A stretch of 64,000 nt of DNA. Origin: Macrostomum hystrix. Taxonomy: Eukaryota; Animalia; Platyhelminthes. Shown here one piece after another: positions 11,872 through 23,130 of the stretch. Within the stretch, counting starts at the first letter, position 1. The number at the start of each line of letters is the position of its first letter. The notes under the pieces were generated by a model, which worked only from the letters and a program-made list of their open reading frames with translations, ran no database searches and was not told the origin of the DNA. The stretch lies in contig CATNEN010000015.1 in the NCBI GenBank assembly GCA_950097015.1, forward strand, positions 1,860,001 to 1,924,000, read 5' to 3'. Position numbers and translations under genes: made by a program.

Positions 11872-12380
11872 TGAAGTCTGCGCAAAAAACTCGATCAGTG
11901 ATCAGCATTCTTTAATACGTAAACATTGCTTTATACGTTACCCACATTTCTATTTCGTTATAATTTAATTCCCTTCTTCACCCTTGATGCTTTATATAGA
12001 ATATCATCACTTTTCCACACCTCTAATATCCGTCTTCTCTAGTACACATTATATGCCTGGATATCACTTTTGTCAATCCAAAAACACAAAAAACTACAAA
12101 AAAAAATACCACTTTTCAATACACATTATTTAGTTTCTCGCTTATCCTATTTCTTTTCATAATTATAGATAATTTTATATATTACCTAAACTCGACATGC
12201 GGCTTCACCTATATTTATTCGCTACCTTTATTACCTCCTCATACATATGTTACTCAGCTACGACTATTTCGAAGACAGACCTCTTCTCCTTACACTTGTT
12301 CTAAACATTCTTTCCAATATCTTTTCTTTCTGTCCCTTATTCCACATTCGCCTCATTGAGGCTCGACCGTGTGACTAATC

Positions 12381-12436
12381 TGATGACCTGGCGATTGGCT
12401 AACCCGATGACCTGGCGATTGGCTAACCTGATGACC
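12381..12436. repeat. 24-bp direct repeat (GATGACCTGGCGATTGGCTAACC[C/T]), ~2.3 copies, in the retroelement 3' region
   Basis: Read directly. Confidence 0.8.
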
Positions 12437-12708
12437 CGAAGTCTCACCGAATACCGCTGAAGCCGACACCGTGGCCTACACTGACACGCTGTCATTCATC
12501 CAGCTATCGACTTCATCCCATACTGTCTTAGCGTTTACACCGACAGCGGCACAAGCGTCTCTCCCATCAATCAAGTCTCTCTGCCCGACTCCTGCAATTG
12601 CGATCTCTCGTGTCCGACACGAAGCAGAACCAGAAGCCTCATTTCAACGTGGTGGCCCTGAGAAGGGCCGTTTTAACGTTCACAATGGGCTAACATCATA
12701 CTGTGCAG

Positions 12709-12987
12709 TCAACAGAGCGACCCCGCAGCGAAATCGGCACCGTCTAGAGCAACTGCCGGACTAGCCGACCGCTGCTCTGGATGATGGGTATTTCGCCGTG
12801 GATATCGACATCTGCAGCCACAGCAGATGCACACCCACACGACCAGACTGACTAAGATGAAGGCGCCTAACAGCGCCCACAGGCTAATCAGCTGCCACTC
12901 GACGATCTGCAGTCGCTTGTCGAGACGCTCGACCTGAACACCGAGATATGTTAAAAGCCAGCGCAGATTTGAAATTTGGTCTTGCAT
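12709..12987 (-). CDS. Putative 92-aa single-pass membrane protein, antisense within the retroelement 3' region
   Basis: Amphipathic N-terminus, hydrophobic LISLWALLGAFILVSLVVWV, Cys cluster CICCGCRC, basic RYPRR. GC-rich island in AT-rich flanks; TATAAA on the minus strand at 13071-13076. Confidence 0.45.
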   Translation of the reverse strand: MQDQISNLRWLLTYLGVQVERLDKRLQIVEWQLISLWALLGAFILVSLVVWVCICCGCRCRYPRRNTHHPEQRSASPAVALDGADFAAGSLC

Positions 12988-13609
12988 TGCCAGTTGAGAA
13001 ACAGTTTAACTTTTAGAAACTCGCTAGAAGTCAAATGTTGCACGCATAGAGCCCCACGTTTTTCTGTCCCTTTATATCACTTTTCGTCGCTTTAATCCAA
13101 ACCTCTCCTTTCCTTTACTTTCTAACTCAATAAACTTAACTGGACATGTACATTACTCGCGCACATAGTCTATGGCACTTCTCTGCGCTTCGCTTTATCT
13201 CTACCCCACTCCCTTTGTGCACCCTCCTTGACCCTGTCTAAGGTCTTGTATATGCCACTTGTTTTGACACTCCTAATCGATCGTGTTTTTCTATCATATT
13301 CTTATACCAACTATGCATATAACCTTTACACGCCATCTCACATTTTTATACCTCCTACAAGTGTTATCAAAAGCTAGACTTCGAAATCAATTGTCAATTG
13401 TTAGGACATTTTCAATTCTTATTTCTCAAACTCGCACTATTTATACTGTACAGTTTTTTTCGCGCTTTATCATTTTCTTTAAATCTGTTTCCGAATGCCT
13501 CTTATACCGTCATCTTTTACCCCCACAAATGTTAATCAACCTCCTATAATATCTAACATATTGTTATCTATGAGCTCGGAGGACCTTCGCTTCTGTAAAA
13601 AAGGGCTAA

Positions 13610-14157
13610 TGAAGTGTTACAATTTAAACTATGCGATTTTTACATCTAGGCGCGATTAGAATATGCAGCTCTCCTGCGCGAGGATGCATTTGCAGGAGCT
13701 CTAGGATTAGCCTAAAGACTCCTGCCCTATGGCAGCCTTTGGCCGGATGAGTATAAAAGTTCTTGCACTGAGAGAAAGTAAGACCGCCCCCGCTCGCCCG
13801 TTCCTTCTTCGCTTGCTATTCAATCTCCTAGCTAGATCCGATATCTATTAGTCGCTAGCCTTTGCTATCCCTGGCTAGCCCATGCAAGATCCAGATAATT
13901 AAGAATACCTTATTGAAATTGGAATTGTGACTCCTGGAAACTTCACCCAGATCTTACCTTGAACCCTTTTCCATATCTTGGTTACTGACTCAGGATCCGT
14001 GAGTAACAATCAAATACTTGTGCTTGGGAATTACCTTCTCTCAGTGATTGTAATAATTGTAATAATTTATAGTGAGTTGTCATCTTTTAATTGTTTGCCG
14101 TAAGACCAACAAAATATAATCCGATTGAGAGTATAAGACCGAAAGTGAGTGCAACAT
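13610..14157 (+). mobile_element. Probable LTR (boundaries uncertain) downstream of the gag-pro element
   Basis: Preceded by PPT-like AAAAAAGGGCTAA (13597-13609); starts TG; TATAAAA at ~13753 followed by a C/T-rich tract. No matching upstream copy and no TSD found. Confidence 0.45.
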
Positions 14158-14306
14158 CAGGAAAAGATAGTCGATTTTCCACGCCTCCTCATTACTTAGA
14201 AATAGCCGTGTACAATTGGCTCTTGTCAAAGACAACTAGTAAAGATAATAAGAATACTCATTAAGCTAGACATTGATAGACCAGAGACGAATCTAAAATA
14301 TTTCAC

Positions 14307-14457
14307 ATACAGATATGTACACAAACATGAATACAGACATGTACACAAACATGAATACAGACATGTACACAAACATGAATACAGACATGTACACAAACAT
14401 GAATACAAACCTGTACACAAACATGAATACAAACCTGTACACAAACATGAATACAGA
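14307..14457. repeat. Second block of the 24-bp minisatellite, copy of 6099-6249
   Basis: Same variant order: CAGAT, CAGAC x3, CAAAC x2. Confidence 0.95.
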
Positions 14458-14605
14458 GGGGGCAGAGGGGGATGGGGCAGAGGGGGAAGATGGGGCAGAG
14501 GGGGAAGATGGGGCAGAGGGGGAAGATGGGGCAGAGGGGGAAGATGGGGCAGTGGGGGAAGATGGGGCAGTGGGGAAGATGAGGCAGAGGGGGGAGATGG
14601 GGCAG
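14457..14605. repeat. 18-bp G-rich minisatellite (GGGGCAG[A/T]GGGGGAAGAT), short block
   Basis: Same unit as the 19.7-20.9 kb array. Confidence 0.9.
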
Positions 14606-14989
14606 AGGGAGAAAGAGAGAGAAGAAGGAGGACAAGGGGAGGAAGACGGTGGAGGGAAGGTAGATTGGGCAGAAAGGGCAGATTTTTCCCAGAGTGCTGT
14701 GAAATAATTTTCTGTTTTCTACTGTCTCCTGATAGTTTTTTTAGTTTTGAACTCATGAAAGACAGGAACTTGCGTGTAACAGTCTCTGCTGACGTTCTAT
14801 TCCTGACTGGCTTCAATAAAAGGCGACGTCAAACTCAGGGGACCGAATATGGCCGCAACGTAAAGCTTGCCTTAATGATGTGCCACTGCAGGTGCTAACC
14901 GGCTATTTGAAGACAAAAACTTGTTCCAAAATTTCATCTTAGAATTATCATAGGGATCTTGGTACACTTTTATTAACTCGAATTTAGTC

Positions 14990-15610
14990 TCATTGCAATG
15001 AAGCACTGATTTGTTCTAAACGAAACTTCTCAGTTCACACACTGATCACGGCCTGGACCGTTGCAGCCTTCATCGCATTAGCCGATTAGCTGTGGCACAG
15101 GCAGTTCACAATTCCCATTTACTTCAATCCTGCCCGACTCCGCACAGGTGGCATAGCAGCGGCCGTTCACTTTGAAGTTCCGACACGCCACGCACATGTC
15201 TGGGCCGGGTCCCCAGCATTCGTCCTGGCACTGAGCATCGCAGGTAGCGTTCCGGCAAATCTCGCTGCTGTCATCAAAGCTCAGGTATATTATTATAATT
15301 TTAAATTCTTTAGTGACTTCCTGGATTTCTCGGATTCGATTGCTTGGATACCAGGCCCTGCAAAGATCACTAATACGCAAAAGCCGAAGCTCACGAGTAT
15401 ATTCCAAGCTAGCTAGTCCGAGGTATCTCGTCTTTAGAAAGAAAATTAAAACATTATTAGTAACGTATTTGATATTACGTAGAAATCTGAGATTTTCTAA
15501 ATTTCCGTGAATATGTAAATCTCCGTGAAGGTACTCTAAATTCTCAAATACTCCAAAGCTATCTAAGCTTCTTAAATTATAATTAGACACGAATATAACA
15601 CGAGTAGAAC
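14990..15610 (-). pseudogene. EGFR/insulin-receptor-family fragment (receptor L domain + furin-like Cys repeats), disrupted
   Basis: FENLEYLHGDLHI...LRFLRNIKYV...YLGLASL (L domain); CDAQCQDECWGPGPDMCVACRNFK. After the in-frame TAA at 15078 the same frame continues CDEGCNGPGRDQCVN*, a second furin-like repeat with another stop. Confidence 0.75.
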
Positions 15611-15643
15611 CGGCCCTCCAAATCGAACACTGCTCAGTCCTCA

Positions 15644-16210
15644 ATGAGTTTGCTAAACTGTCTGACATTGAAGAGGACACATTGCACGATTTGCAATGTT
15701 GCAAGACGCATCATCCGTGGTGGAGGAGAAGCCATCGTGCAGAAGTGCAGATCTGCATTGACCTACAACCGATGCATGGGCGGCGTTGACCGAATGGATG
15801 GTCACATGCAGCACCATCAACCTGGCAAAAAAACCACGAAGTGGTTTCTGAAGCTTGGTCTGCACCTGTTCCTGCAAATGGTTCGGAATGCTTGGATTGT
15901 GTACTGTCGGTGTGGCGGGCGGAAGGTTTTTTCCAAGTTTCTTGAGGCCAGCATTCGCGAATTGGTGCAGTGCACTGGAGGGAGTAGAAAGCGACCGGCT
16001 GCTGTAACTCTGGCAGTCCAGGCAATCGGTCTGATCGGCCCGCACTTTCCAACAAAAATAACGGCTCGCGAGAGTCAACCGAGACCTACCAAGCGGTGCC
16101 GCGTCTGCTATCGAGCTGGAAGCAGCAAGCGTACAATCTACTGCTGCCCGGAGTGCCCAGGTGCGCCTGGTCTGTGCCTGGAAGGCTGCTTTCAAGAATG
16201 GCACTCCTAG
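15644..16210 (+). mobile_element. piggyBac transposase C-terminal fragment
   Basis: YNRCMGGVD motif, KKTTKWFLKLGLHLF, and C-terminal Cys-rich domain CRVC...CPEC...GLC...CF..WH. N-terminal part absent. Confidence 0.88.
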
Positions 16211-17043
16211 TTGCAGTCCGATTGATTAACTACAGGCGTTAAAAACTTAATATTATCGAATTGTTGCGAGACTAAATTAAATTCAACCGTTTTTAACACG
16301 TTTTCAGTTTCAATTAGCTTAAAAAACTATTGTCAGTATAATTATTATAACTCAACCAGTCAAATATAGCTGAATTTAACCAGTTGTTATCTAGCATATT
16401 TTAACGTTTCACATAGCCTAATTCGATATATCCTAAAGCGTACTGCAACCTGTCTTTGAATACAAAAATGGAAAAATATTGTTGTATGGAGAATATACGA
16501 GTATGCTATTAGTGATAACTTATATGCTATAAGTTATTATATTCTAATATCATTCACAGCGTATCCAAGCCTAGAGAAGTGTTGCATGCTCAGTGCTTCT
16601 TTGCCGAAGAACTTTCTTCTAATGCTTTGCATTTGAGTACTTTTGGTCACGTAGTGAGAGATGTCGATACCATGATCTTTCTTACAGAGCCTTCACGAGT
16701 CTTGAATATACTTATTTGGTATGAATTCGCTTTTCAGTTTTATCATGGTTTCTAAGATCTTTTTGTTCCGGAAGACGCTAGGGAAGTATTTGTTCATTTC
16801 TGGTCTGTAATTTTTTCGATAGATTAGTGATTAAGGGTAGTGTTTTATGCGGCGTTGGTCTGCTAGTTTTTTCATTAGTTCTCTTTCTCCGTAAATTCTG
16901 AAAAAATCTGCATAATAAAAATAAGCTGAAAGGGCTGCTCAAACTTGTGCAATAAAAGGCCTTCGTGCACCTAAAATAAGGCGATCTCTATATCATGCCG
17001 TCGTATCATATAGCATTTGCTGCGAACCTGCTGTCACGGTCCC

Positions 17044-17481
17044 TCAGGTCGCTGATCTCACGACGAAACAGCAGCGCGTCTCGACATCGCTCTGGTCTGC
17101 AATTAGAGCATAGTTTGTCCAGACAAACTCCAGTTGCGTGACTGACGCTGTGAACTCCAGAGAAGTCCCGTCTGTCAGCTCGCCTGCTTCCAACGCGGCA
17201 GTCGCAGCGGATTCTGCCGCTTCCAACAGCTGCGACTCCTCGTCCGTGCTGGCAACAGACTGCAGAGTGAAGTCAGCTGGCAGCTGGTTCTCATCCAGTC
17301 GATAGAGCTTGTCCAGGAGGTCTGCAGCAGCGTGCTTGCCCTGAGCCATCATGGCCCTCTCCAGTGCCACCAGGTCAGACTGCTGAACCCTGAATGGCAA
17401 CTGACGACTTCCGTATCGGTGGCCCAGGATGCCCTGAAAGATTTTTTGTTCTGTTCTGAAGGTTTTCTTCACGTTCTTCAA
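17044..17481 (-). other. GC-rich coding-like fragment of unknown origin
   Basis: Host-exon-like composition. [20 protein letters not shown] loosely resembles the last helix of a death fold; unverified. Confidence 0.3.
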
Positions 17482-17579
17482 GTTCCGAATAACAGATTTC
17501 TGCAGCCTATTGAGCTCTCGCTGCGCTCTCTTGAATGATATTCATTTAGGTTGTATAATGTCTTGTCCCGCTCGTTGTC

Positions 17580-17666
17580 CCATGTGTCAACAATGTCCCG
17601 CTCGGTCTTGCCGAAGGACAGGTGAATGTTGCGAGGCTCTGAAGGCTCCTGGGACTCGGCAATGGA
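17580..17666 (-). pseudogene. ~88-bp copy of phosphatase exon 1 (5381-5468)
   Basis: Near-identical (about 4 differences including a 1-nt deletion); encodes EPSEPRNIHLSFGKTERDIV. Confidence 0.92.
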
Positions 17667-18228
17667 AACAAAATACTTCATTGAGCCTACTTATCAGCCT
17701 GATAAGTAGTGTGCTGTGTCAGATTTTTGCATTAAATGAATGAGTTTTAAAGCAACTCAATTAAACAAATTGCAATCGAAATCAGTCTGCAAGTTAGCTA
17801 AAAGGAGTGAATAATTGTGTGGTAGTGTGTTTTAAAGGTTTTCATTTTTGTATATACGTTTTATCATTTCTTACATTATAAAATTAGTAAAAATTAAAAA
17901 ATCAAAAATGCGCCAAAAAATTATTTTGTTTTACTTTTTACCGTCATAACAAAATAATACGGTATATAAATATTTTATTTTACTTTCTACCGTGTAAATA
18001 TTATTATGTAAAATGTTTCAATTTAAACAAACGCTAAGTTTTACTGTATATAAATAGCCGCAATCTGTGACCAAAAATAAAGAAGGCCGTTCGAAGGCGC
18101 TATTCGCTGGCTACTTGCTTTACAGTGCTTTAAGAGTAGAATCATAAGTGTATTCAAGACATAAAAAAAGAGTGCCTAGTGAAAGGAGTATATTGCGTTG
18201 TTCATTTTATAAGAGAGGAGAATATTGA

Positions 18229-18363
18229 GAACTATACTCAGAACTATACTCAGAACCATACTCAGAACCATACTCAGAACCATACTCAGAACCATCCTTA
18301 GAATTATACTCAGAATTATACTAAGAATTATACTAAGAATTATACTCAGAATTATACTAAGAA
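18229..18363. repeat. 12-bp minisatellite (GAA[C/T][C/T]ATACTCA), ~11 copies
   Basis: Read directly. Confidence 0.9.
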
Positions 18364-18429
18364 TATTACAGAAGGGAAACTGCTAAACTCTAATCTCGGG
18401 GACGCCTAATTGACTGGAAACGCATACAG

Positions 18430-19012
18430 TTGCCTAATTACCGCTCGTGCAAACATATACGCTACCATTTGAGAAGCTAAAACGGCCCTGAGCTCGGCTT
18501 TCGGCTGCTTAATCATCCAACTTATTCACCAGACCTCGCCATTGCTGACTTTCACTTGTTTGGAGTAATGAAGAAGCCCATGCGAGGTCGCGTCTTCACC
18601 AGTCGACAGGAAGTCATTGCGGCGGCCAGCGAATCTCTCCATGCGCTGCCTGCGAGTTTTTGGGGGGAGGGAATCGACAAACTGCTGCATCGCTATGAGA
18701 AGTGTATCCAGCTCGATGGCAGCTTTGTGGAACGTGCTGAAATCGCTGAAGAAATGGACGAAGGCGCTGATTTTTGACACAACAAACACGTTCAACTGTT
18801 CACTCTTTTCCACAGACAAAAATCGTAATTTTTTATCTCGAGGTCTGGACTTGAATGTGCGATTTCACTGGTGCATGTAGACCGACAGGGTTGCAACTGA
18901 AGCTGTGTGCTGTTCATATTTGCAAAATTACAGGGTAAAAATTTCAAGTTAAAAAGTTTATCCATTAAAAAGTTATGACTAAATTCTCGTTACTTTTGAA
19001 ACACCCCTCGTA
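18430..19012 (+). mobile_element. mariner transposon 3' remnant with right TIR
   Basis: ELGFRLLNHPTYSPDLAIADFHLFGVMK...KLLHRYEKCIQLDGSFVE (YSPDL motif). Right end TTTTGAAACACCCCTCG-TA at 18994-19012 is a typical mariner TIR plus TA. Confidence 0.88.
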
Positions 19013-19689
19013 AATTGTTTATCCTAACTAAACAAACGATTTCGGATCTATTTTCACTGGGGTTTGCTTAACCCAGCAACATTGTGAAATGCGACAAATT
19101 GGGTGTCCAGCAGTTTCGCATCGGCTCTCGCTATTATCGATAGGATTTTTAGCATTTTAACAAGCCCCTAGTGAAACACTATTTGCTTGTAGAAAGCAGA
19201 CAAGACCAAAGGCAAAGCTGTGCCTGTTTGACTAGGCGAGGCGAGTTTTTCTGTCCTTTTGCCGATGTGAAAGACGAAACACGCGCAAAGACAGAGAAAC
19301 AGGGCGGTGAACTCACTCATTAACAAATACGGGAAGAGGAGAGACTAAAAACAGAGGCACATGGGAAGACAGCGGAGCACTTTTGGGAATCGGGAAGACC
19401 CTTGAGTGCCAGGTCGCTGTGTCACCTCATCTAAGCAAGGCTGCTCTCGGACTCACAACTTTGCAGGCTAAGAGATGGGGCCCGTTGAAAGCTGAGACGC
19501 TGCTCGGCCCAGGCTGCCATCGGATTGAGGTGCCGATTATTCACGGTTGAAGCTGCGCCCCGACTTTCTTCTGAGATTTGTGCTCGACGCCTGCTCAGCT
19601 TTCACTTACACAATGTGCTAACTCGTAATTAGGGGGTAACAGGGCCACGGAATTGCGGCCTTTAGAGGATGGGGCAGAAATGCAGAGGG

Positions 19690-20950
19690 GCAGAAGGGGG
19701 AGTGGGGAACATAGGGCAGAGGGGGAAGATTAGACAAATGGGGAAGATGGGGCAGTGGGGGAAGATGGGGCAGTGGGGGAAGATTAGACAAATGGGGAAG
19801 ATGGGGCAGTGGGGGAAGATGGGGCAGTGGGGGAAGATTAGACAAATGGGGAAGATGGGGCAGAGGGGGAAGATTAGACAAATGGGGAAGATGGGGCAGA
19901 GGGGGAAGATTAGACAAATGGGGAAGATGGGGCAGTGGGGGAAGATGGGGCAGTGGGGGAAGATGGGGCAGTGGGGGAAGATTAGACAAATGGGGAAGAT
20001 GGGGCAGTGGGGGAAGATGGGGCAGTGGGGGAAGATTAGACAAATGGGGAAGATGGGGCAGTGGGGGAAGATGGGGCAGTGGGGGAAGATGGGGCAGTGG
20101 GGGAAGATTAGACAAATGGGGAAGATGGGGCAGAGGGGGAAGATTAGACAAATGGGGAAGATGGGGCAGTGGGGGAAGATGGGGCAGTGGGGGAAGATTA
20201 GACAAATGGGGAAGATGGGGCAGTGGGGGAAGATGGGGCAGTGGGGGAAGATTAGACAAATGGGGAAGATGGGGCAGAGGGGGAAGATTAGACAAATGGG
20301 GAAGATGGGGCAGTGGGGGAAGATTAGACAAATGGGGAAGATGGGGCAGAGGGGGAAGATTAGACAAATGGGTAAGATGGGGCAGTGGGGGAAGATTAGA
20401 CAAATGGGGAAGATGGGGCAGTGGGGGAAGATGGGGCAGTGGGGGAAGATTAGACAAATGGGGAAGATGGGGCAGTGGGGGAAGATGGGGCAGTGGGGGA
20501 AGATTAGACAAATGGGGAAGATGGGGCAGAGGGGGAAGATTAGACAAATGGGGAAGATGGGGCAGTGGGGGAAGATGGGGCAGTGGGGGAAGATGGGGCA
20601 GTGGGGGGACGATGGGGCAGTGGGGGAAGATAGGGCAGCGGGGGAAGATGGGGCAGTGGGGGAAGATGGGGCAGCGGGGGAAGATGGGGCGGAGGGGGAA
20701 GATGGGGCAGTGGGGGAAGATGGGGCAGTGGGGGAAGATGGGGCAGTGGGGGAAGATGGGGCAGTGGGGGAAGATGGGGCAGAGGGGGAAGATGGGGCAG
20801 AGGGGGGAGATGGGGCAGTGGGGAAAGATGGGGCAGTGGGGGAAGATGGGGCAGTGGGGGGAAGATGGGGCAGTGGGGGGAAGATGGGGCAGTGGGGGAA
20901 GATGGGGCAATGGGGGAAGATGGGGCAGCGGGGGAAGATGGGGCAGTGGG
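19690..20950. repeat. 18-bp G-rich minisatellite with two interleaved unit types (GGGGCAGTGGGGGAAGAT and TAGACAAATGGGGAAGAT)
   Basis: Both units are 18 bp, which keeps frames open and creates the 445/456-aa pseudo-ORFs. Confidence 0.97.
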
Positions 20951-20999
20951 GGTTGTGCCCTGGAAACTCGCTTGTTGGGAAACAGCAATTCCTCGGCTC

Positions 21000-21450
21000 T
21001 TTTTAAACCCGACCAAAATCCCCTGGATGTGTTTGATCATGCCATTTTCTGGATAAAATAATTTATGTCAGTTTTTTCAGCTTTTTTAGATGGTTCCCAT
21101 ACTTCTTTGCAAGCTCATCGTATTCTGTGACTAGTGATCTGTCCGCTGGATTTCGACTTTTTTCCTTGCTACGTACTTTAATGATTTAGCCAAATCCCTA
21201 AGATTTTCGTCTCTGTTTATCCAGAATTTGTTGGGAATAATATTTTTACCCCCGCTCTTAGGAACGGACTCCTCCAGCAGACGGTTTAACTTAGATGTGA
21301 GATCGTCAATAGATGAGGTCTCCTTTACTTCCTGTGTAACAATCTGCTTTATGTATTCCAGACTCTGTTGGCTTTCTAGGGCTTCGATGAAGTGCTGCTG
21401 TGCAACGGGATTCCAGTTGGGATCCCCAACTGGAAAAAAAATGAAAATGT
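21000..21450 (-). mobile_element. Possible decayed non-LTR retrotransposon fragment (endonuclease-RT linker)
   Basis: Minus frame WNPVAQQHFIEAL...LNRLLEESVPK...NKFWINRD...EYDELAKKY resembles LINE linker regions. Frameshifted; no catalytic motif. Confidence 0.35.
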
Positions 21451-21764
21451 AAGCCTATGTTTCTATTTATAGCTTCGATACAAAAATCAATCAATAATTA
21501 CCTGACAAAGCGCATTTGGCTGTTGTGATTTCGGCTCTTGAATTGCAGGAGTTCATTTTGCGCCGGTTCTGGCAATTTGCAGTAAAAGAAGCGACGAACG
21601 AACCGAAAGACTAAGCACTTACTGAGCATTGAGCATTGAGCATTGAGCACTGACCTTCTTCTTGACGACTCCAACGGTTTCCTGCTCTGCCGCAGAACAA
21701 GCAGGTGACATCCCGACTAGTGACTCTCCGAGAATGAGACAAGTTCTACGTGAAAATAACACTT

Positions 21765-21925
21765 GACAGGTAAATTGGGCAGAAGGGGCAGATGTCTCCC
21801 AGAGTGCTGTGAAAGAATATTCTGCTATCTGCTGTCCCCCGTTAGTTTTTTTAGTTTTGGAAAGAAGTCGGGAAAGACAGGAGCTTGCGTGTGATAGCCG
21901 GTGTGACAGTCTCATTGTTCCTCAG
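21765..21925 (+). repeat. Dispersed repeat homologous to 14655-14800
   Basis: Shared blocks ATTGGGCAGAA.GGGCAGAT, CCCAGAGTGCTGTGAAA, TAGTTTTTTTAGTTTTG, GAAAGACAGGA.CTTGCGTGT. Confidence 0.85.
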
Positions 21926-22281
21926 AAGTTGACCTTCAATGTACTGATGCATGTACTTTTCACTGAGGGGCTCAGATTGAAAGCCACGAAATAAATATTT
22001 CTCGACCTTTCAAAAAGGATATTATTCGAAGTAATTTGACGACTCCATTGATCAATAGCAGCAGATTGACTCACAGCTTGCTGGGTTGAAATCCTGGGCA
22101 TTTTCACCGACAGATTTTATTGATCTTTCAACGTCACGGCGAGACTGCAGGTCAGACAATGGTTCGAACTCCACTTTGTTACTCTAACCTTACTTGCCTA
22201 CTGCTTCATGTATATTTCTACCCCTGCCTCCCTGTGACAGAAATTTCCTGCCTAACATTCTCTCTCACTACCCTACTCTCT

Positions 22282-23130
22282 TCTCTACCCCACTGTCTCT
22301 ACCCCACTGTCTCTACCCCACTGTCTCTACCCCACTGTCTCTACCCCACTGTCTCTACCCCACTGTCTCTTACCCCACTGTCTCTACCCCACTCTCTCTA
22401 CCCCACTGTCTCTACCCCACTGTCTCTACCCCACTGTCTCTACCCCACTCTCTCTACCCCACTGTCTCTACCCCACTGTCTCTACCAGCTGTCTCTACCC
22501 CACTCTCTCTACCCCACTGTCTCTACCCCACTGTCTCTCTACCTCACTATCTTTCTACCCCACTGTCTCTACCCCACTGTCTCTACCCCACTGTCTCTAC
22601 CCCACTGTCTCTACCCCACTGTCTCTACCCCACTCTCTCTACCCCACTGTCTCTACCCCACTGTCTCTACCAGCTGTCTCTACCCCACTCTCTCTACCCC
22701 ACTGTCTCTACCCCACTGTCTCTCTACCTCACTATCTTTCTACCCCACTCTCTCTACCCCACTGTCTCTACCCCACTGTCTCTACCCCACTGTCTCTACC
22801 CCACTCTCTCTACCCCACTGTCTCTACCCCACTGTCTCTACCAGCTGTCTCTACCCCACTCTCTCTACCCCACTGTCTCTACCCCACTGTCTCTCTACCT
22901 CACTATCTTTCTACCCCACTGTCTCTACCCCACTGTCTCTACCCCACTGTCTCTACCCCACTGTCTCTACCCCACTGTCTCTACCCCACTCTCTCTACCC
23001 CACTGTCTCTACCCCACTGTCTCTACCAGCTGTCTCTACCCCACTCTCTCTACCCCACTGTCTCTACCCCACTGTCTCTCTACCTCACTATCTTTCTACC
23101 CCACTGTCTCTACCCCACTCTCTCTGCCCC
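22282..23130. repeat. 14-bp minisatellite (ACCCCACTGTCTCT) with ~170-185-bp higher-order structure
   Basis: Variant units ACCAGCTGT and ACCTCACTATCTTT each recur four times in fixed order. Confidence 0.96.

Noticed and set aside
13610-14157. Solo-LTR interpretation using TGAAGT...ACTTCA or TGTTAC...GTAACA termini
   Set aside because: Neither pair is flanked by a target-site duplication; boundaries left open.
16560-16900. Lys-rich minus-strand reading fragments possibly from a decayed element
   Set aside because: No recognisable motif in any frame.
19618-21061. 445-456-aa ORFs with collagen-like GKMGQW or Pro/His/Leu repeats
   Set aside because: Translation of an 18-bp minisatellite; open on both strands, no signal peptide or non-repeat domain.
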